A stretch of 63,760 nucleotides of DNA, the filler included, from Choristocarpus tenellus KU-1152 (lineage: Eukaryota > Protista > Phaeophyceae), in the NCBI GenBank assembly GCA_964200185.2. It is 10 parts of 10 records of this genome, joined end to end, with 100 filler letters (N's around TTAATTAATTAA, not from the genome) between each part and the next. Parts side by side here need not be neighbours in the genome. Positions count along the whole stretch, not along the records: positions 11,323 to 22,764 come from CAXNAD020002315.1; positions 22,865 to 36,455 come from CAXNAD020001440.1; 8 more parts are not named here. One strand, 5' to 3'. Every line of letters starts with the position of its first letter. The first letter of the stretch is position 1. Below are positions 12,498 through 25,838 of this stretch, in pieces. The notes below the pieces were generated by a model, which saw only the letters and a list, made by a program, of their open reading frames with translations, was not told where the DNA came from and did no database searches. The translations under genes and the position numbers were made by a program.

Positions 12498-15400
12498 CTT
12501 GGACTAGGTGGGATGGACCCAGAAGATGGCTCCCATTCCTCCCACTGGAGCCTGTATGGCCGCAGGTCAAACTTCCACATGTCAGAGAACAATACAGATG
12601 TACCATCTGTTTCATTACCATCGGCCACACTCCACCCCACTCTCTTGTTTGGAATAGGTCCCCGGATTCCTCCAACAACAAGGATCCACAGAATCTTCTC
12701 ATTCTCACTATCTGTGGAGGCAGAAGAAGGCGCCACTAGAGCTGCAGCAGAGTGACGGCGAGGTGGAGGCTGTGCCCCCCACCCCCCTCCATATGATGTG
12801 GAGGAGGACGTTGGTACAATCTCGGACCAGCTATACGCGTCTTCCTTGAGATCAAGGCGGTGGAGGTCATTAAAGTGCATCCCTTCTGATGAGCTGTAGC
12901 CACCAAATATGTAGCTGGATGGTGTTGGTTGGTTCAGCAGGTCCGATCAAGTGTCAGTGTGATGGGTAAAATTTATTGTAGAGGTAGAGGGACAGTCAGT
13001 ACAGCAAATGACAATGGGGCAGGGCGATGCAATGTCTCTATAAGTGGATATTACAGGGGAATAGCTGGTGTTCGGTTATGGGAGTAGTATTATAGAAGAT
13101 TATTGGGGTGATGAAGTAGAATATAGGAAGAACGTTCAGATGGAGATGGAGCTGTACGTCCAGAGTGGAGAAGGTCAGTTACCTTGTGTGCGTCTCTGCG
13201 GCTGAAAAATAGTAGTTGAGCCTGTCAACTTTCAGAGAGTCGTGTGTGCCAATCGTCAAGGATCATGTCTATCGATCTTCAGTATAACATTAAGAAATCG
13301 CTAGGGAGTTTGCTTCCCTTTGTTTAGGAACCAGTCATAATATTATAGGGTGGAACAAGGCCAAGATGGTCCTGCTATCACCTCCTTACTTCTAAGAAAG
13401 GGAGAGAAAAGACGCAAGATCCTACCCCGATAGACAAAGAAATGATCTTAGCATGAACAGAGAGGTTGTAGCCTAATATCAAGACCACCTGGGTGCGAAA
13501 GTTTACCCCCCGTGCCACCCAACTCCACTTGCCAGATCTTGTCTGAGACACGAATGATACCAGTAGATACTAAACTCCGTAACAACCCACATTCAACCGA
13601 GAATGGAAGTTCAAAGTTTAGTTTGTCTTACTCTTACCAAGAGCGGGGTAGAACCCTAGTGGGTAGGTAAGAAGGGACCCAATTAAAGCGCTTGGGTACA
13701 CTAACATGTTCACAGGTGTACCTCAAACCATTTGGAAGCATATTTCACCTAAGCCCTGGATTTCAAATATATATATATATATATATTCGCCAACAAGAGC
13801 GATCTTAGAGACCAGGCGAATCACTTGCCGCCACACACATCTAACCCTACATATTTTGTACTATTGTGGAGTTTGTCTTTTAGGCGGTTCTAGAGTCTGC
13901 AAACCTTTGTGGATACATAGAGTTGTACAGTAGTGAAGGGGAAAGGTTGCAAGAGCAAAGGGCCCAGGCAGAGGTGAAGCATCCTAAGCCCTACCAAGCC
14001 AGCAGTTACACTTCGCGTAGTAATCCTTTCATAAGCACACTCAACAGACGGATGTTGTTACCTAGCACTGCGTGTTATGCGAGTAAAGCATTATCAGCAC
14101 AGTCCAAGTCTACTGCATGTGCAATTCCATTTACAACACTGCAGGAATAAACTCAGGGCAGAACCCCAGAGAATCCGGTCCAAATACTGTGTAGATGGGG
14201 GGGTTGTATCTTGTATCGGAGACTCTTATCCCAAACAGTCAAATAACTGGGAAGAATGCAAAGGGAGAGCACAAAATGCACTTGAGAAAGAGAGAGAAGA
14301 AGCAAACCAAAAGAGGAGTGACGACAACATGTTAAAGGCAAAGAAATTTCACCAGCCTCTACTCCTCTGCGAAACCATCAAGGATGACCTTGACTGAATG
14401 TGGACAAAACCAGGGTATGTTCGTCTCTTTGAATAAAAAAAGTGTAACCGTGTCAGCGTAAGGTACAAAAGCTATCTTGTCTGTACATTCCCCAAAAACA
14501 CCTGGTGCAAAATATACCCCAAGGAATGTTCATGGAGTTTGGAGCATGAACAGGAGAAAGAGGAAGATGACTCGCTGTGTTAGGGTGTGCCGATGTTTAT
14601 TGTAGTTGATGCAGAGCTTGACTACAAATACGGTAGAAGAGCTGGGTATTGTTGGGAGTGTCAACTTGAAAGCAATTTAATACAGCAAAGAAGTTGTCCT
14701 TCCGTAACGTGCACTGAAGATGGAACATCGTGACTTCATCGCTAAATATAGGTTTGGAGCATATGCTGCGACTCAAATAGATATCACTGGTGGAAGTACG
14801 GGGACTGATTTGGTGTAGCCAATGATCATGACATCGTGATCCACTGATGGTACACAATAGAACAGTCAGGGCATCATAGATCATATCATGTGCATTAGTG
14901 ACACCCTATTGTCAATACGTCGGATGTATTTTCTTTAGGTATACAATCAGTGGATGTGTACATGTATGATGGGTGGATGGAAGAGCCCCACCCCTACTGT
15001 ATTGGACCTAAATCAGTCTGAAGTGTAGCTGGGTGGAAATGGACCATTGTCTACTGTGGTGTAACAGTGAGCGGTATCTCCATCTTTGATAACAGTATAA
15101 TAACATCGCCTCAACGCTGTACATGAAGTAGTATTGAACATTGAGCTATGCATGCAGACCGCCAATACCATGGTATGTCTGCTCAGGTAGGAGTTCCTAG
15201 TCCCACAACTGAAGCACAGTGGACCTATCAATCCCAAATAGTCACATGCATCATCCGAGATTTAGGGTAGTATACGTTATTGCCACGCACATCACTTACC
15301 CACAGCATAAAAATAAACTAGTACGACAAGACATTAATTCCTTTTTCATCCTGCAAGCACCATGCATGATAAGCCATCTTCTTCTGAGATGAGGCGGACC

Positions 15401-18400
15401 TTTTAAATCTCTCGCACACCTCCTTCTACGGGCAGAATGGAGGATCCCAATCGAAATTTGCAGCATGAGTATCTCGTCCATTGCCTATGTGAGCGTATGG
15501 GAAAAAAGCTTCCCTTTATTGGACCTCCAATTGCCTCGAAAATGCTAGGGATGGAATCTGCAGGATCCACAGTATTAAATCAACGTAGCCAGATAAACCG
15601 ATATGGAAGCATGATCTGCGCTCTATTCATGTTGCTGAGTTCGTGATTGTACCACAGACAAACATGTAGCAAAAATGCTCTTCCTTGCTCTCCTGGACGT
15701 CCCTTGCAACCACCACTGGCGTACGTGGTCTCAGCACCTCACCTTTAAAAACATTCTTTGTATTTTGTCCCAATAGTTACTTAGAATCTGACAAACATGC
15801 TGTGATGATCTTTTGAATAATACTGTCAAATACTTTTGCGTCTCACTTGCAACAATCACACTGGGGGTTGATGCCAATCTTCTAGGCTGGTCAGGATGGA
15901 TACTGCAGGACGGAATGTTTTTGCATGGGTAGCACAGAGGAGCTTCACGAGGAGTGAAAAAGGAGGCAAAGCTCCGCCAGATAGTAGTCCCTATACTCCA
16001 GTAGCCCTGGAAGGAAGGAATGGCGGGGTGCACGCCTGGATAAACCTGTAGGGGCTGTGCTGTGGAAAAGAGGAGAAATAACATCCGCCACCTATAAGCC
16101 AGAATGCTTGAGAGCCAAACCAGGAGGAAAGGTATAGGGGAGACTGTGTGTTCTGTGTAATGGGCGTGAGCCTGGGCAAATCTGTTGAGGTGGTGTTGGG
16201 GGGGAAAGAGAAGAAGGAGAACATCCACGACTAAGCAGCCACAGATCTTGAGGAGGAGCATCAGGAGGAAAGGCACGGGGAGGGGCTGTGCCAGGGGGGG
16301 ACTTTGCTTGCCTGTGCAAATTTGATGATTGAGCTAAATCTGTAAGTACACCTATGGGGTATGTCCGTATTTCGACCTTCCTAAATTTTGAAATGAAGGC
16401 ATCAAAGTGCAGGGCCCTGCTGGACAGCACTCTAAATAAATTGCGTTCTGAGTCAATCATCCCTTCCATAATATTTTTAACCAAAAGGTTGGTGGACTAC
16501 AGGCAGACGAGAAGGGGGGGATATCTGACTATAGTTTAAATGTTCACCTCTTTACATCAAACATTAACGATGACTACTAACATCTTATGAACATACAGGG
16601 GTGACTGAAGTATTTTCAAAGCTGGTGAAGATCTACAATTTGTCACTTCATGAACGTAGTGCACATTCCACAAGATGATGATATATTTTAAACGGACATG
16701 GCCAAATATCGACACATTTGTGACCGAAAAATATTGTTCTTTTTCACACATGCCCACGTGTGAGCCGTGGTCTCACAAAAGAAATACGAACTGAACTTCT
16801 TCTTGCATGGGATCCCAAACAATATTGAAAAAACATGCAAACTTAGGAGTTCTTGCACATGCCTCCAAGTACCGTACAAGGGGATTGCAAGGACTAAATA
16901 TATCTCTATATGCGTATGACCCACTGCTGAACTCACATAGCTGGCCCACCATCGCCTGGCAATTGGTCACCAGCAACAAAGAGAGCCACATGCCCAGAGC
17001 GTGGACGGGGGATGACCCCAGTCATTTCTAGGTCTCCAGACCAAGTCATGGTGGCTGAATCGAAGTACTGCAAGTCACTGAGGTCACAACCAACCTGGAA
17101 TTTTGTACATTGAGTCTTACTTAGGAATAGGGTTAGGGTTGTCCTTGGTGTATGTCATGCCAGATGGTTGGAAGTACAGTACAACAAAGAGATTCATGGC
17201 CTGATATGTTCTAGGCAACAAGGGGCAACACCCAGGGCATTTCATTGGACTAGGATGTAACCGGTCTGCAGCATGGTCTAGGACTGCAGACCAGCACGTG
17301 GACAGGACCATGAAAATATCAGATGGCCCTATGTCAGCCCTATCATAAATATTGAGAACAGGGCTGGGCTACGGGCAAGAATGTTGAAGTTAGTTTATGG
17401 TCTAGAAGAGAGACTTATGAAATTTTTTATGAAGAGCTGGCCTAGCAACTAGGTCACTGAAATTTGTTGAGGGCACTGGACAGGACCTTTTAGGACATAC
17501 TGAAACCAACCCGCCCTGTGGACTGGTTCATTAACATTTCCCTGGCCTGGTGAAAGTCCCAATAATATGCACTGTAGTTGCCTCAGGGGGGGAGTGCTCC
17601 AAGAGAGAACTTAAGGTCTTAGTGCTGATTCCCCACATCATTGTCGCCAAATTCACTTATCGACTATTCCAGCATCATCTTGTACACCCAAACCTAGGCG
17701 TTCAGTGCAAATGTGAAGTCCAAGTTGCTCAAATAGTAATATATATACTCTGCAGTCGACAGTGCTCGGTATTTGGTGGCTTATAGTGCTAACATATGTG
17801 AAGTTGACAAGCCCATGAGAAACCTGTGAAATACTCAATATTCGTACTGTTTGCCTTCATTTTCCCTCTATGCCCTAGAGCTCTATTGCTTCTGATTATT
17901 GGAGTCATTCGATTAATGCAAGGGCTTGGGGTGGACTCTGACCTCTAGAAATGTAGACAAGTGGCAGGATCATTCCAACAATGCAATAACTATTGTCCAT
18001 ACGATATAGAATTGTCAAGAAACACCCTCTACTTATTGATTTACTGCTGGAAGTACCTGGTGATACAGACCCAATCCAACTGAGAGCTAGGAAGTGTTTC
18101 ATTTTTAGGAACCAGAGATTGGGAAAAAATGTGCATTTTTTGTAAAATTGCAAAAGGAGCCTTTGCTTCATTGTGGTGTCAGTTGTGTGTGTAAAGGGGG
18201 TAACATCAGTTTTGCATACGATATTGTGCACATTAAAAAAATTAACCAGAGTGTGTTGCACGGGTTAAGGAAGATGGCTCAAAATGCGAAAGGGTCCAAA
18301 ACCTGCCGATTTCTCAATTGGTTTGACTCACTCGCATGGACTAATGACTCAAAATATCTATGGGGGAGGGGGGGTTCTAAACCAGGTTGTCCATTCGGAC

Positions 18401-21400
18401 CCTTACCAGGAGAAGTGCACTTACATTATCCATCCGACATATGCAACCCAAATCACCCAAAACTTGCAACATGGAAAAACGAGTCCCAAATGGACAGCCA
18501 CCACCCTCCCCGCCCCAGATACTTTGAGTCAGTCTATTGATGCAACGCCCTAGCTCAATCAGACAAGGTGATAAATTCAAAAACCTCTCCAAACCTATCT
18601 TTTTATATTTTCTGACCCAAAGAATCGGCCATTGCTAGGTACAACTTTTCTCTGTCAACGAGTGGCTCAAAGTATCTGGGGGGGGGGGTGGCGGCTGTCC
18701 ATTTGGGGTCAATTTTTTCGTATCGCGATTTTTGTGTGATTTGGTTGCATACGTCGGATGGATAATGAAAGTGCATTTTCCTTGGTTATGGTCTAAATGG
18801 ACACCTTGATGCAGACCCCCCCCCCCCCCCAGATGCTTTGGGTCAGTATTCTCAAAATGTTTCTAGTCCTGACTGGTATCTAGCTCACTAAGACACTGAC
18901 AATGCACAGCTGTCTGGTGGAAAATTAGGTCTGGAAAAAAAAATCAACAAAGACGAACGAGAACTGTTTTTTCTGTGGATGCCATTGGAAGGAGTCAAAC
19001 CAATTGAGAGGTAGACGGGTTTGGATCCTTTTGCACTCTAAGTCATTTTTTTTACCCTGTGCAGTACTCTCTATTTCATTGATTTATGTTCACAGTAGTG
19101 TAAGCAAAATTCATCTCCCCCCTTTCCACACATATCTTGACACCAAAATTCAGCAAAAGCTCTTTCTGCAATTGTAATAAATGGTGTCTCTTTACCCTTT
19201 CTTGAGAATTCTTAAGATGTAACCCTGCCTACTCCTCAATTCGTTTGACTCAAGACCATTTTTTCATATGTATGAACCGTCCAGCGCAAATTTCTCAGTG
19301 AACCACTCACCAGATATCGAGTTATTCAGAGAATTGATTACGTTACAAAGAGCAAAGAGATTATTGTTGGAAATTTCTGACTAAGCCATAAAAGAAGGTA
19401 AATCCCTCCCCAAAATCTGGGCTAGAACAAAGGACATATTCTAGCTCCAGAAAGTGAAAGAATGTGGCAACTTCCTGGTCTTAACAAAGCAACTCGTCTT
19501 CAAGCAATTTTGAGTCTAGATTTGGATCGAGGTCATCAATACGCAGATGTCACTTCCTCTATTTTTTGACATTTCGAAAAATTGGTTAACCAAACTGACA
19601 AAAGCTAATGTTATGAAGGGGGTTCAGAGGCTGAGCCTCAGTTCATTTTTTATTAGTGTGATAAATTGAGGCTTAATTTTTATTACTCGTAGTAATAATA
19701 TTACAGCGTTGTAATCTTTTGGATGAATATGCTGTCAGTTTGGATAAAGTTTGGGAGGACTCGGGAGATTCCTGCCCTAAAACCTCCACTTCTTTCATAG
19801 TAAGTATGTAAGACAGGATATTATAATCTTCTTGCTTAGGCTGTAAATATGGTCCTTGTTTCACCATATAGTGATTACAAGTTGTCATGATATTGCTGCA
19901 CACATACAAAATAAAAAAAATGCGGTGCATGGACCATAGGTTTGCATATGGGAATCTGTAACAGACAAAATGTGTTGTTTTGAGATCGGTTTTGAAAATA
20001 TTAAATCAAATCGAGTGCTGAATATTTTCCCCCTTATGTTTAGGAAAGTTCTTGGTCTCAAGGAAAGAGGTTTGAGGTTTTTGCTCTCAAAATAGCTCTG
20101 GGTCATCTTGCGATTCGCTCTGTAGCGACCCATCACCCTCCATTTTGCGGTCAGCAGCTTGACGTATTGGGTCTGTGTCATGCCATACTGCCCAAGAGTG
20201 TGTCGATAGCTATGATGACCAAATACAATACAGTATTGTCAATGAATGTGTGAGGTCATTTTGGATAAAACATGGAATCCTCATAGGAGGGTTCACAGTA
20301 CAACATCGTCTAAGTGTAATATATTCTTCGTTTCACACCCAATTTTCTAGACACTTTTGTAATCCCCTTCGCAGAGGTCGTCATCATGGTCCTTGTTTCA
20401 TCTTATGATTCCTGATACTCCGCGAGGGTTACCCCACAAAAAATGATCAAAAACGTTGTTTTATCGATCACAAAACAGCGGATAGGGAGGATAAAGCGAC
20501 ACTATCAGACCTATTTGAACATCAGAGCCGAGCAGTTTGAAGTACTTCAGAACACTCATGAACGTAGCCGTACTTTGATATTCAAGTATCAGTTGAAGAC
20601 CCAGATCGGCATGGGCCTTCAGTTTATAGTTGTGCACCAAGTTGGATGGGGATACTCAACTGGAGAAAGCATAAAAAGATATGTGTTTTCAGTGACCCCC
20701 GCATCCACAGGTATGGGATGAAATCCTGCCATGAGCTCCATCTTATACCTTCAGATAGACGGAATAAAAAGTGTTTCATTGGAGTGTTTCTATATGCGAG
20801 AGCAGACTTCCTAAATGGTCACGTTTTTGTAGTTTCTCTGGGAATGGTGTCATCAATGCAACACATCCTCTCATCTTTCAGATCAAGTGTACTAGTGTCC
20901 TGTCCATCACCTGATTCCATTTTCGTACACATGTACATTTTGTTTCAAGTGCTAGTTTATTTCACACACTACTTGAGTGTGTTCTAGCTCTCCTCTTCTT
21001 CTCCTATGTATGAAATAGTGCTACATGTAACTACTTCAAGCGTTATATCATAATTATATTGCTCCTGACAGGTCTGTACTGGAAGTGAAGGAAAACCCCA
21101 TCTGGGTGGTGCCTAATATTATTAGAGCAAGCGGTCAAAGAAATCCTTGCAGGGGTGAAGTGACAGGAGAATTAGGGGAGTATGTGGTAAAGCTGACCTG
21201 GTCTTGAGGATATGAAGAATATCAGCCATTTCAATTATCAGAAATACTCACATATTGCCTCATTATCCCAGATACAGCTTCATCAGCAAAAGGTAAGCCT
21301 CGATGGATGTCATCACTCAGAGGAGTGTGCAAAATCTCACACATTGTACCATGGACGAAAAGTACGATGAATAGATCCTTGGTGACCCTCCAACCTGCTG

Positions 21401-22496
21401 CTTCTGAGGATGTCATACACGACCGTGACTGGTGCTCAGATTTTAGTGGACATCTTATCCGTTTCCCATCAAATGACCTTTTTCATCTCCAAATCAAGAA
21501 ATCCCAAGGGTTACGTTTCTTGTCCGAGGTATATCTCCTGGTTTCTATTGACTCGAAAAGAAACCCTGATATTCTCGCGACGAAAGGAACGTGCGTGCTT
21601 AGCCGAAGCATATTACATATATCAGAGGTGATACACCTGGTATAAAATGGTACTTCTCCAAATGACACAGAGTATAGGTACCACTGACCACATGATTATA
21701 CAAGTAGTATAAAGTATACCGAGCAAGTATGCATACTCTGCCTTCCACACCGTGCCTTGACCAAATGTTGTTGGTACTGAACATTACTAAGTGAAATTAT
21801 TGTTCCTTCGGAGAATAATGATGGAGAATGGCAGTAGGTTAGCGTAAAGGGAATCAACAGGTTTGCGGACTCTCAGGTTGAGAATTCGTAGTATTTGTCC
21901 AGGTGAAGGTGCGCTGACACTCTCACCTCGTCGTTGAACCCCCCAGTAATGTATACACGTCCCAAGATCTCGTCAGCCACAGAGGCATGATAAGCACGCG
22001 CTAAAGGTGACTGATATTTTAGTTCTGTGTTCAAAACTTGCCCCCATTCGTCACAACACCACTTCTGAACAATGTTTCCAGACCATTGCCGAGCAAGAAC
22101 GTCGTAATAATGGATGTCGGCCAGAACATTTCCTGCCGAGTCTACACCTCCGAAGATGTAGAGGCGGTCATGGAGAAAGGTCAATGTGTGATGTGCACGC
22201 GGGGAGGGCCTCTCCTCTAAGCCCTGAACCTGTATTAGATATCACGATGGATCGGGTGAAACAATATACTTCATCGCAAAATATGCTGACTACGAGTGAG
22301 TCAATATCAAGTGTCAATGTGAAGCAGTTGAAGATACAAATAAATTTCGAGATCAACAGGAGGGGCTGAACGAAGAGATGTGTGGCTCGCGTACTTGGTG
22401 GATCCCCCTGAAGTCCAGGTTGTGGGTGTTCATCAGGATATCGTAGGCCCATCCTACTCCAACTACCAATGCCGCTAATAGCAACTGGGACGTCAT
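12498..22496 (-). CDS. Kelch-repeat beta-propeller protein with N-terminal signal peptide, 3' end missing
   Basis: Exons 22395-22496, 21927-22229, 16937-17094, 12498-12914 join in phase: MTSQLLLAALVVGVGWA-YDIL..|VQGLEERPSPRAHHTLTFLHDRLYIFGGVDS..ARAYHASV..VYITGGFNDE|VGCDLSDLQYFDSATMTWSG..PRPRSGHVAL..PAI|YIFGGYSSSEGMHFNDLHRLDL..PPPRRHSAAAL..LVVGG..SDMWKFDL..W..PPSP(R). These are canonical Kelch PxxRxxH / hhhGG / W repeats. Confidence 0.9.
18068..18329 (-). mobile_element. MITE family B, inverted copy
   Basis: Reverse complement of 18992-19251; ends in CTCAATTGGTTTGACTC. Confidence 0.85.
18346..18530 (+). mobile_element. MITE family A (~180 bp)
   Basis: TIRs GACTCAAAATATCTATGGGG ... CCCCAGATACTTTGAGTC. 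The interior is shared with the copies at 18664, 54889 and 57853. Confidence 0.9.
18664..18844 (-). mobile_element. MITE family A, inverted copy
   Basis: TIRs GGCTCAAAGTATCTGGGGG ... CCCCAGATGCTTTGGGTC, flanked by AGT on both sides. Confidence 0.9.
18992..19251 (+). mobile_element. MITE family B (260 bp)
   Basis: TIRs GAGTCAAACCAATTGAG ... CTCAATTCGTTTGACTC, flanked by AAG on both sides. Confidence 0.9.
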
Positions 22497-22719
22497 TTAT
22501 TACGGGGCGAAAATGACAAGATCCCTATGACAACAACAGATATCTGTTTCACTCTAACAGATATTATTTTTAACTGATCGTAAGTTCTATCGGATTTCTA
22601 TTATTAGCACCATTTACAATAAACAACAGAGGTGTTGTCTACATACTGATACACGATAAATTTAGATACCGTAATTTTTTTTCTTTGGTTTCTTTACATT
22701 TTGTATCTTAGTATTATTA

Positions 22720-22764
22720 TATTATTATGCCCTCTGACATTTTGCAGATGTGTCAGGGGAAAAC
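22720..22764. repeat. Short dispersed hairpin element (family H), truncated by contig end
   Basis: TATTATTATGCCCTCTGACATTTTGCAGATGTGTCAGGGGAAAAC matches the copy at 28721. Confidence 0.9.
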
Positions 22765-22864
22765 NNNNNNNNNNNNNNNNNNNNNNNNNNNNNNNNNNNN
22801 NNNNNNNNTTAATTAATTAANNNNNNNNNNNNNNNNNNNNNNNNNNNNNNNNNNNNNNNNNNNN
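22765..22864. other. Artificial contig linker
   Basis: N44-TTAATTAATTAA-N44. Confidence 0.98.
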
Positions 22865-24220
22865 GGGTCAAACATTCTCCAACATGTCTGGACCATTTAC
22901 AGTATGTATTGATTGCAGCGGTCCATGTCCACCAGTCGTACCAGGTGCAGCATTCTCTATCATGCCCCGCCATATGGAGGGGGTAATTGTACCGGTCTGT
23001 ATCCGCTGGTTGGTCAGTTTACAAAAAAATTGCATGTCCTCGACCATTGTGCCCTGCCAGTCAAACTTTCTTCTGGCATGTCGAGACAATGTCGAACGAA
23101 ACGTGTTGTACTCGTCCACGATAAAAAAAAATGTTTACGTGTCAAAGGTCAAGTTGTAATCCAGTATGTACGCAAAAATAGTGTACTCTTTTAAATCTTC
23201 TCTGGACTTTCTTGGTTCGAAATAATATGAATACTATTTGCCTCTGTCCAGGGAGAACGTCAGGATGCATGTATGCGTGTAATTTTTTTATTTACATATT
23301 TGACTCTTGACGAACGACTTACAAAATACAGTTAATAGTGTAAGGGTACAACATTTAGTCACAAGTCACCTTAGCTACCCAAAACACCAAACACATAACT
23401 GTGTTTGTATTCAAATTTGAATTAATAGTCCAAAATAACAGAAAAATATAGAAATATCAATATATCATGCGTTGTATTTAGAACTTAGGTAGAGGGAACA
23501 GCAAATTGTAAATAGGGAGGAATGCCAGGATGTGGTAGACCTGAATATCGAAAAAATATTTTCTGGCCAGTCATATAGACAAATCATTTTAACATGGTCG
23601 AGTCCATAGCCATCGCTACTCAACATGACTGGGGCTGCAGTGCAGGCCAGTCATGTACAGCTAAGTTTGGACACGACCGAGTCCATGGCCATCAACTTGC
23701 TTGAACATGGCTAGGCTGAGCCGGTCCATAGCCATATAACCGACGGTGGACATGCTAATTGCCCAGCCAGGTGAAAGGTCCTGGAAAGTTTTGGACTCCT
23801 TGGTAAGCAAGCAGAAAGTATTTTGCATGAGTTGGCTACTCAAGTAATGTGAGAGAGAGGGACAGGAGGTTATAGCAGGAAAGGGGCGGTCAAGTCCCTC
23901 GTACGGCAGATAGTCCCCGTCATTGCGCAGGCGACTCTCTCGAGACACGTCATGCATTTCAAGCTAGAGGCAACAGGCAGATGGGCAATAAGGGGCCTGT
24001 TGTATTCTCGGGATGCTTCTCCTCGCCCGCCTTTCTTTGTAGGGCTAAGCTGGGTTAGAGGCATAGCAGCAGTGTGCGCACTACAACGTAATTATAGAGC
24101 TTTAAGGGGGCACTGTAGTACAGCCAGTATTCAATTAGTAAATAGTTTTTGGAGAGCCATCTTCTACATGAACGACAACTGTTACTTTTACAGGGGTCAT
24201 TGTGATTTTTTGGTTTTGAC

Positions 24221-24262
24221 TTTTTCCCTGACACATCTGCAAAATGTCAGCAGGCACAATAG
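24221..24262. repeat. Family H hairpin element, diverged inverted copy
   Basis: TTTTCCCTGACACATCTGCAAAATGTCAG is the reverse complement of the family H core. Confidence 0.8.
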
Positions 24263-25838
24263 CATAAATGACGTTATGCATTTACTTTTATCGTCGTTAG
24301 CTTAAACTAGTAGCATCAATATATATATATATATATATGCCGTGTGTGTTGTATACATATATGTGCTGTACCATCACGTAAAGTTAGCTTGTTACAGTGT
24401 TGCATTACTTGTAGGATATGAGACCCAGGCAAGTAATGTATGGCTTCTTTCTTTGAAAAGTATTTCATTGCAAAAAAACTGCACTTCGTATTTATGGCAT
24501 GCTAATAATATTTATGACCACCAAGTATTTTTTAGTGTTCGTGTGTGTTTAATGTAATGTAATTTTTTACATGGAGAGCAGTATGTAGTACTGCTATTTT
24601 ACCCGCCTACATGCACTCACATACACTGGAGGAATACAAGAAACACTCGTCATTATTGGTAGTGCTAGACCTGTTGTAGATCGTTTCATGCCACAACAAG
24701 AGCAGCGACACTCTATTACTACCTCTTTGTCCCTTCATAAAAATAGGAGCCCTGATGAACTACCTGAATATAATAGTACTTGCAAAAACCCCAGACAACC
24801 AACACTGTCAGTAGAAGTAGCAGCTGCCACTTTTCCTCATAATGCTGTTGATTTATTTGCTACTGTAAATAGTACTGAGTACTAACCCTAATCCAGTATT
24901 TATTTGATGTATTATGCATGTTGCTGTTATAATTGAATGCCATGCCTTCTCTTATTTTCCTTTGTTGTAGGAGTACCTGGTTGCAGAAGATGACGGCACC
25001 CAGATTGTTCCAATTGTTTGATGATTCCGCCATTTCCACTACTTTAAGCTTGCTACTGCTACTGCAAGTACTCGTATCAGTGCTGGGCCAACCAGAGATA
25101 CCCAGGTTGTAGCTGTTTTGAATTATAAGCCAGTTTTTCAATCTTTTGCAATTCACCCATGTTTCTGTGGATGAAGCTCAAGTTTGACTTGAGAGCGATT
25201 ATTTCTCTATTATTTGGAACTTCACCGACATGGTTCAGAAAATATCCTATACACATTTGTAAAAAAGGCGAATTTTGTACATACTTCGGGAGTATTTGTC
25301 GGCATCCTTAAAATACAAATCTGGATACCGCTCATTTACTTTAACTCACTTTTTCAAACAAGTGAGAACACAGATCAGGTGCAGTAAGAGGGAGGAAACG
25401 CACATCTAATCGCACACACAGTGTGCAGTGGCAATTCTGGCAGTAAAGCTCATGCTTCTTCCCTCCAACGTCAACAAGAATACCACACAAGGGATGCACA
25501 CACGCAGAGCACATTCCTTTATTAATGAATGCTGTTAATATACATAACTAGAGTAATATTTACTCTGGAATAGTTTACCAAAAGTTTTTACCAACATTAT
25601 TTTTTATTATTTATCAGACAATATTCTCTATATTGCCATGTGAATGGTATAGAATTAGTAACTACAAGTGAAATATTTCCTGTTTCTGACTGGAATTTTA
25701 TTAATTATTTTAGTGATTGGACGAGACAGTTTGAGTCACCATACCTTTTCCAATGTCTTCAACAGAGGATTCTTATTGGGTCTCACATGCTGCTGACCTG
25801 TTACCCCTCCCCCACCCATGTGCGACCTCTCCTTGCAG

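Noticed and set aside
13183-13221. 39-nt extra Kelch exon
   Set aside because: Exon 16937-17094 joins 12498-12914 directly (AT|C, giving PAIYIFGG) with correct Kelch spacing, so the mini-exon is not needed.
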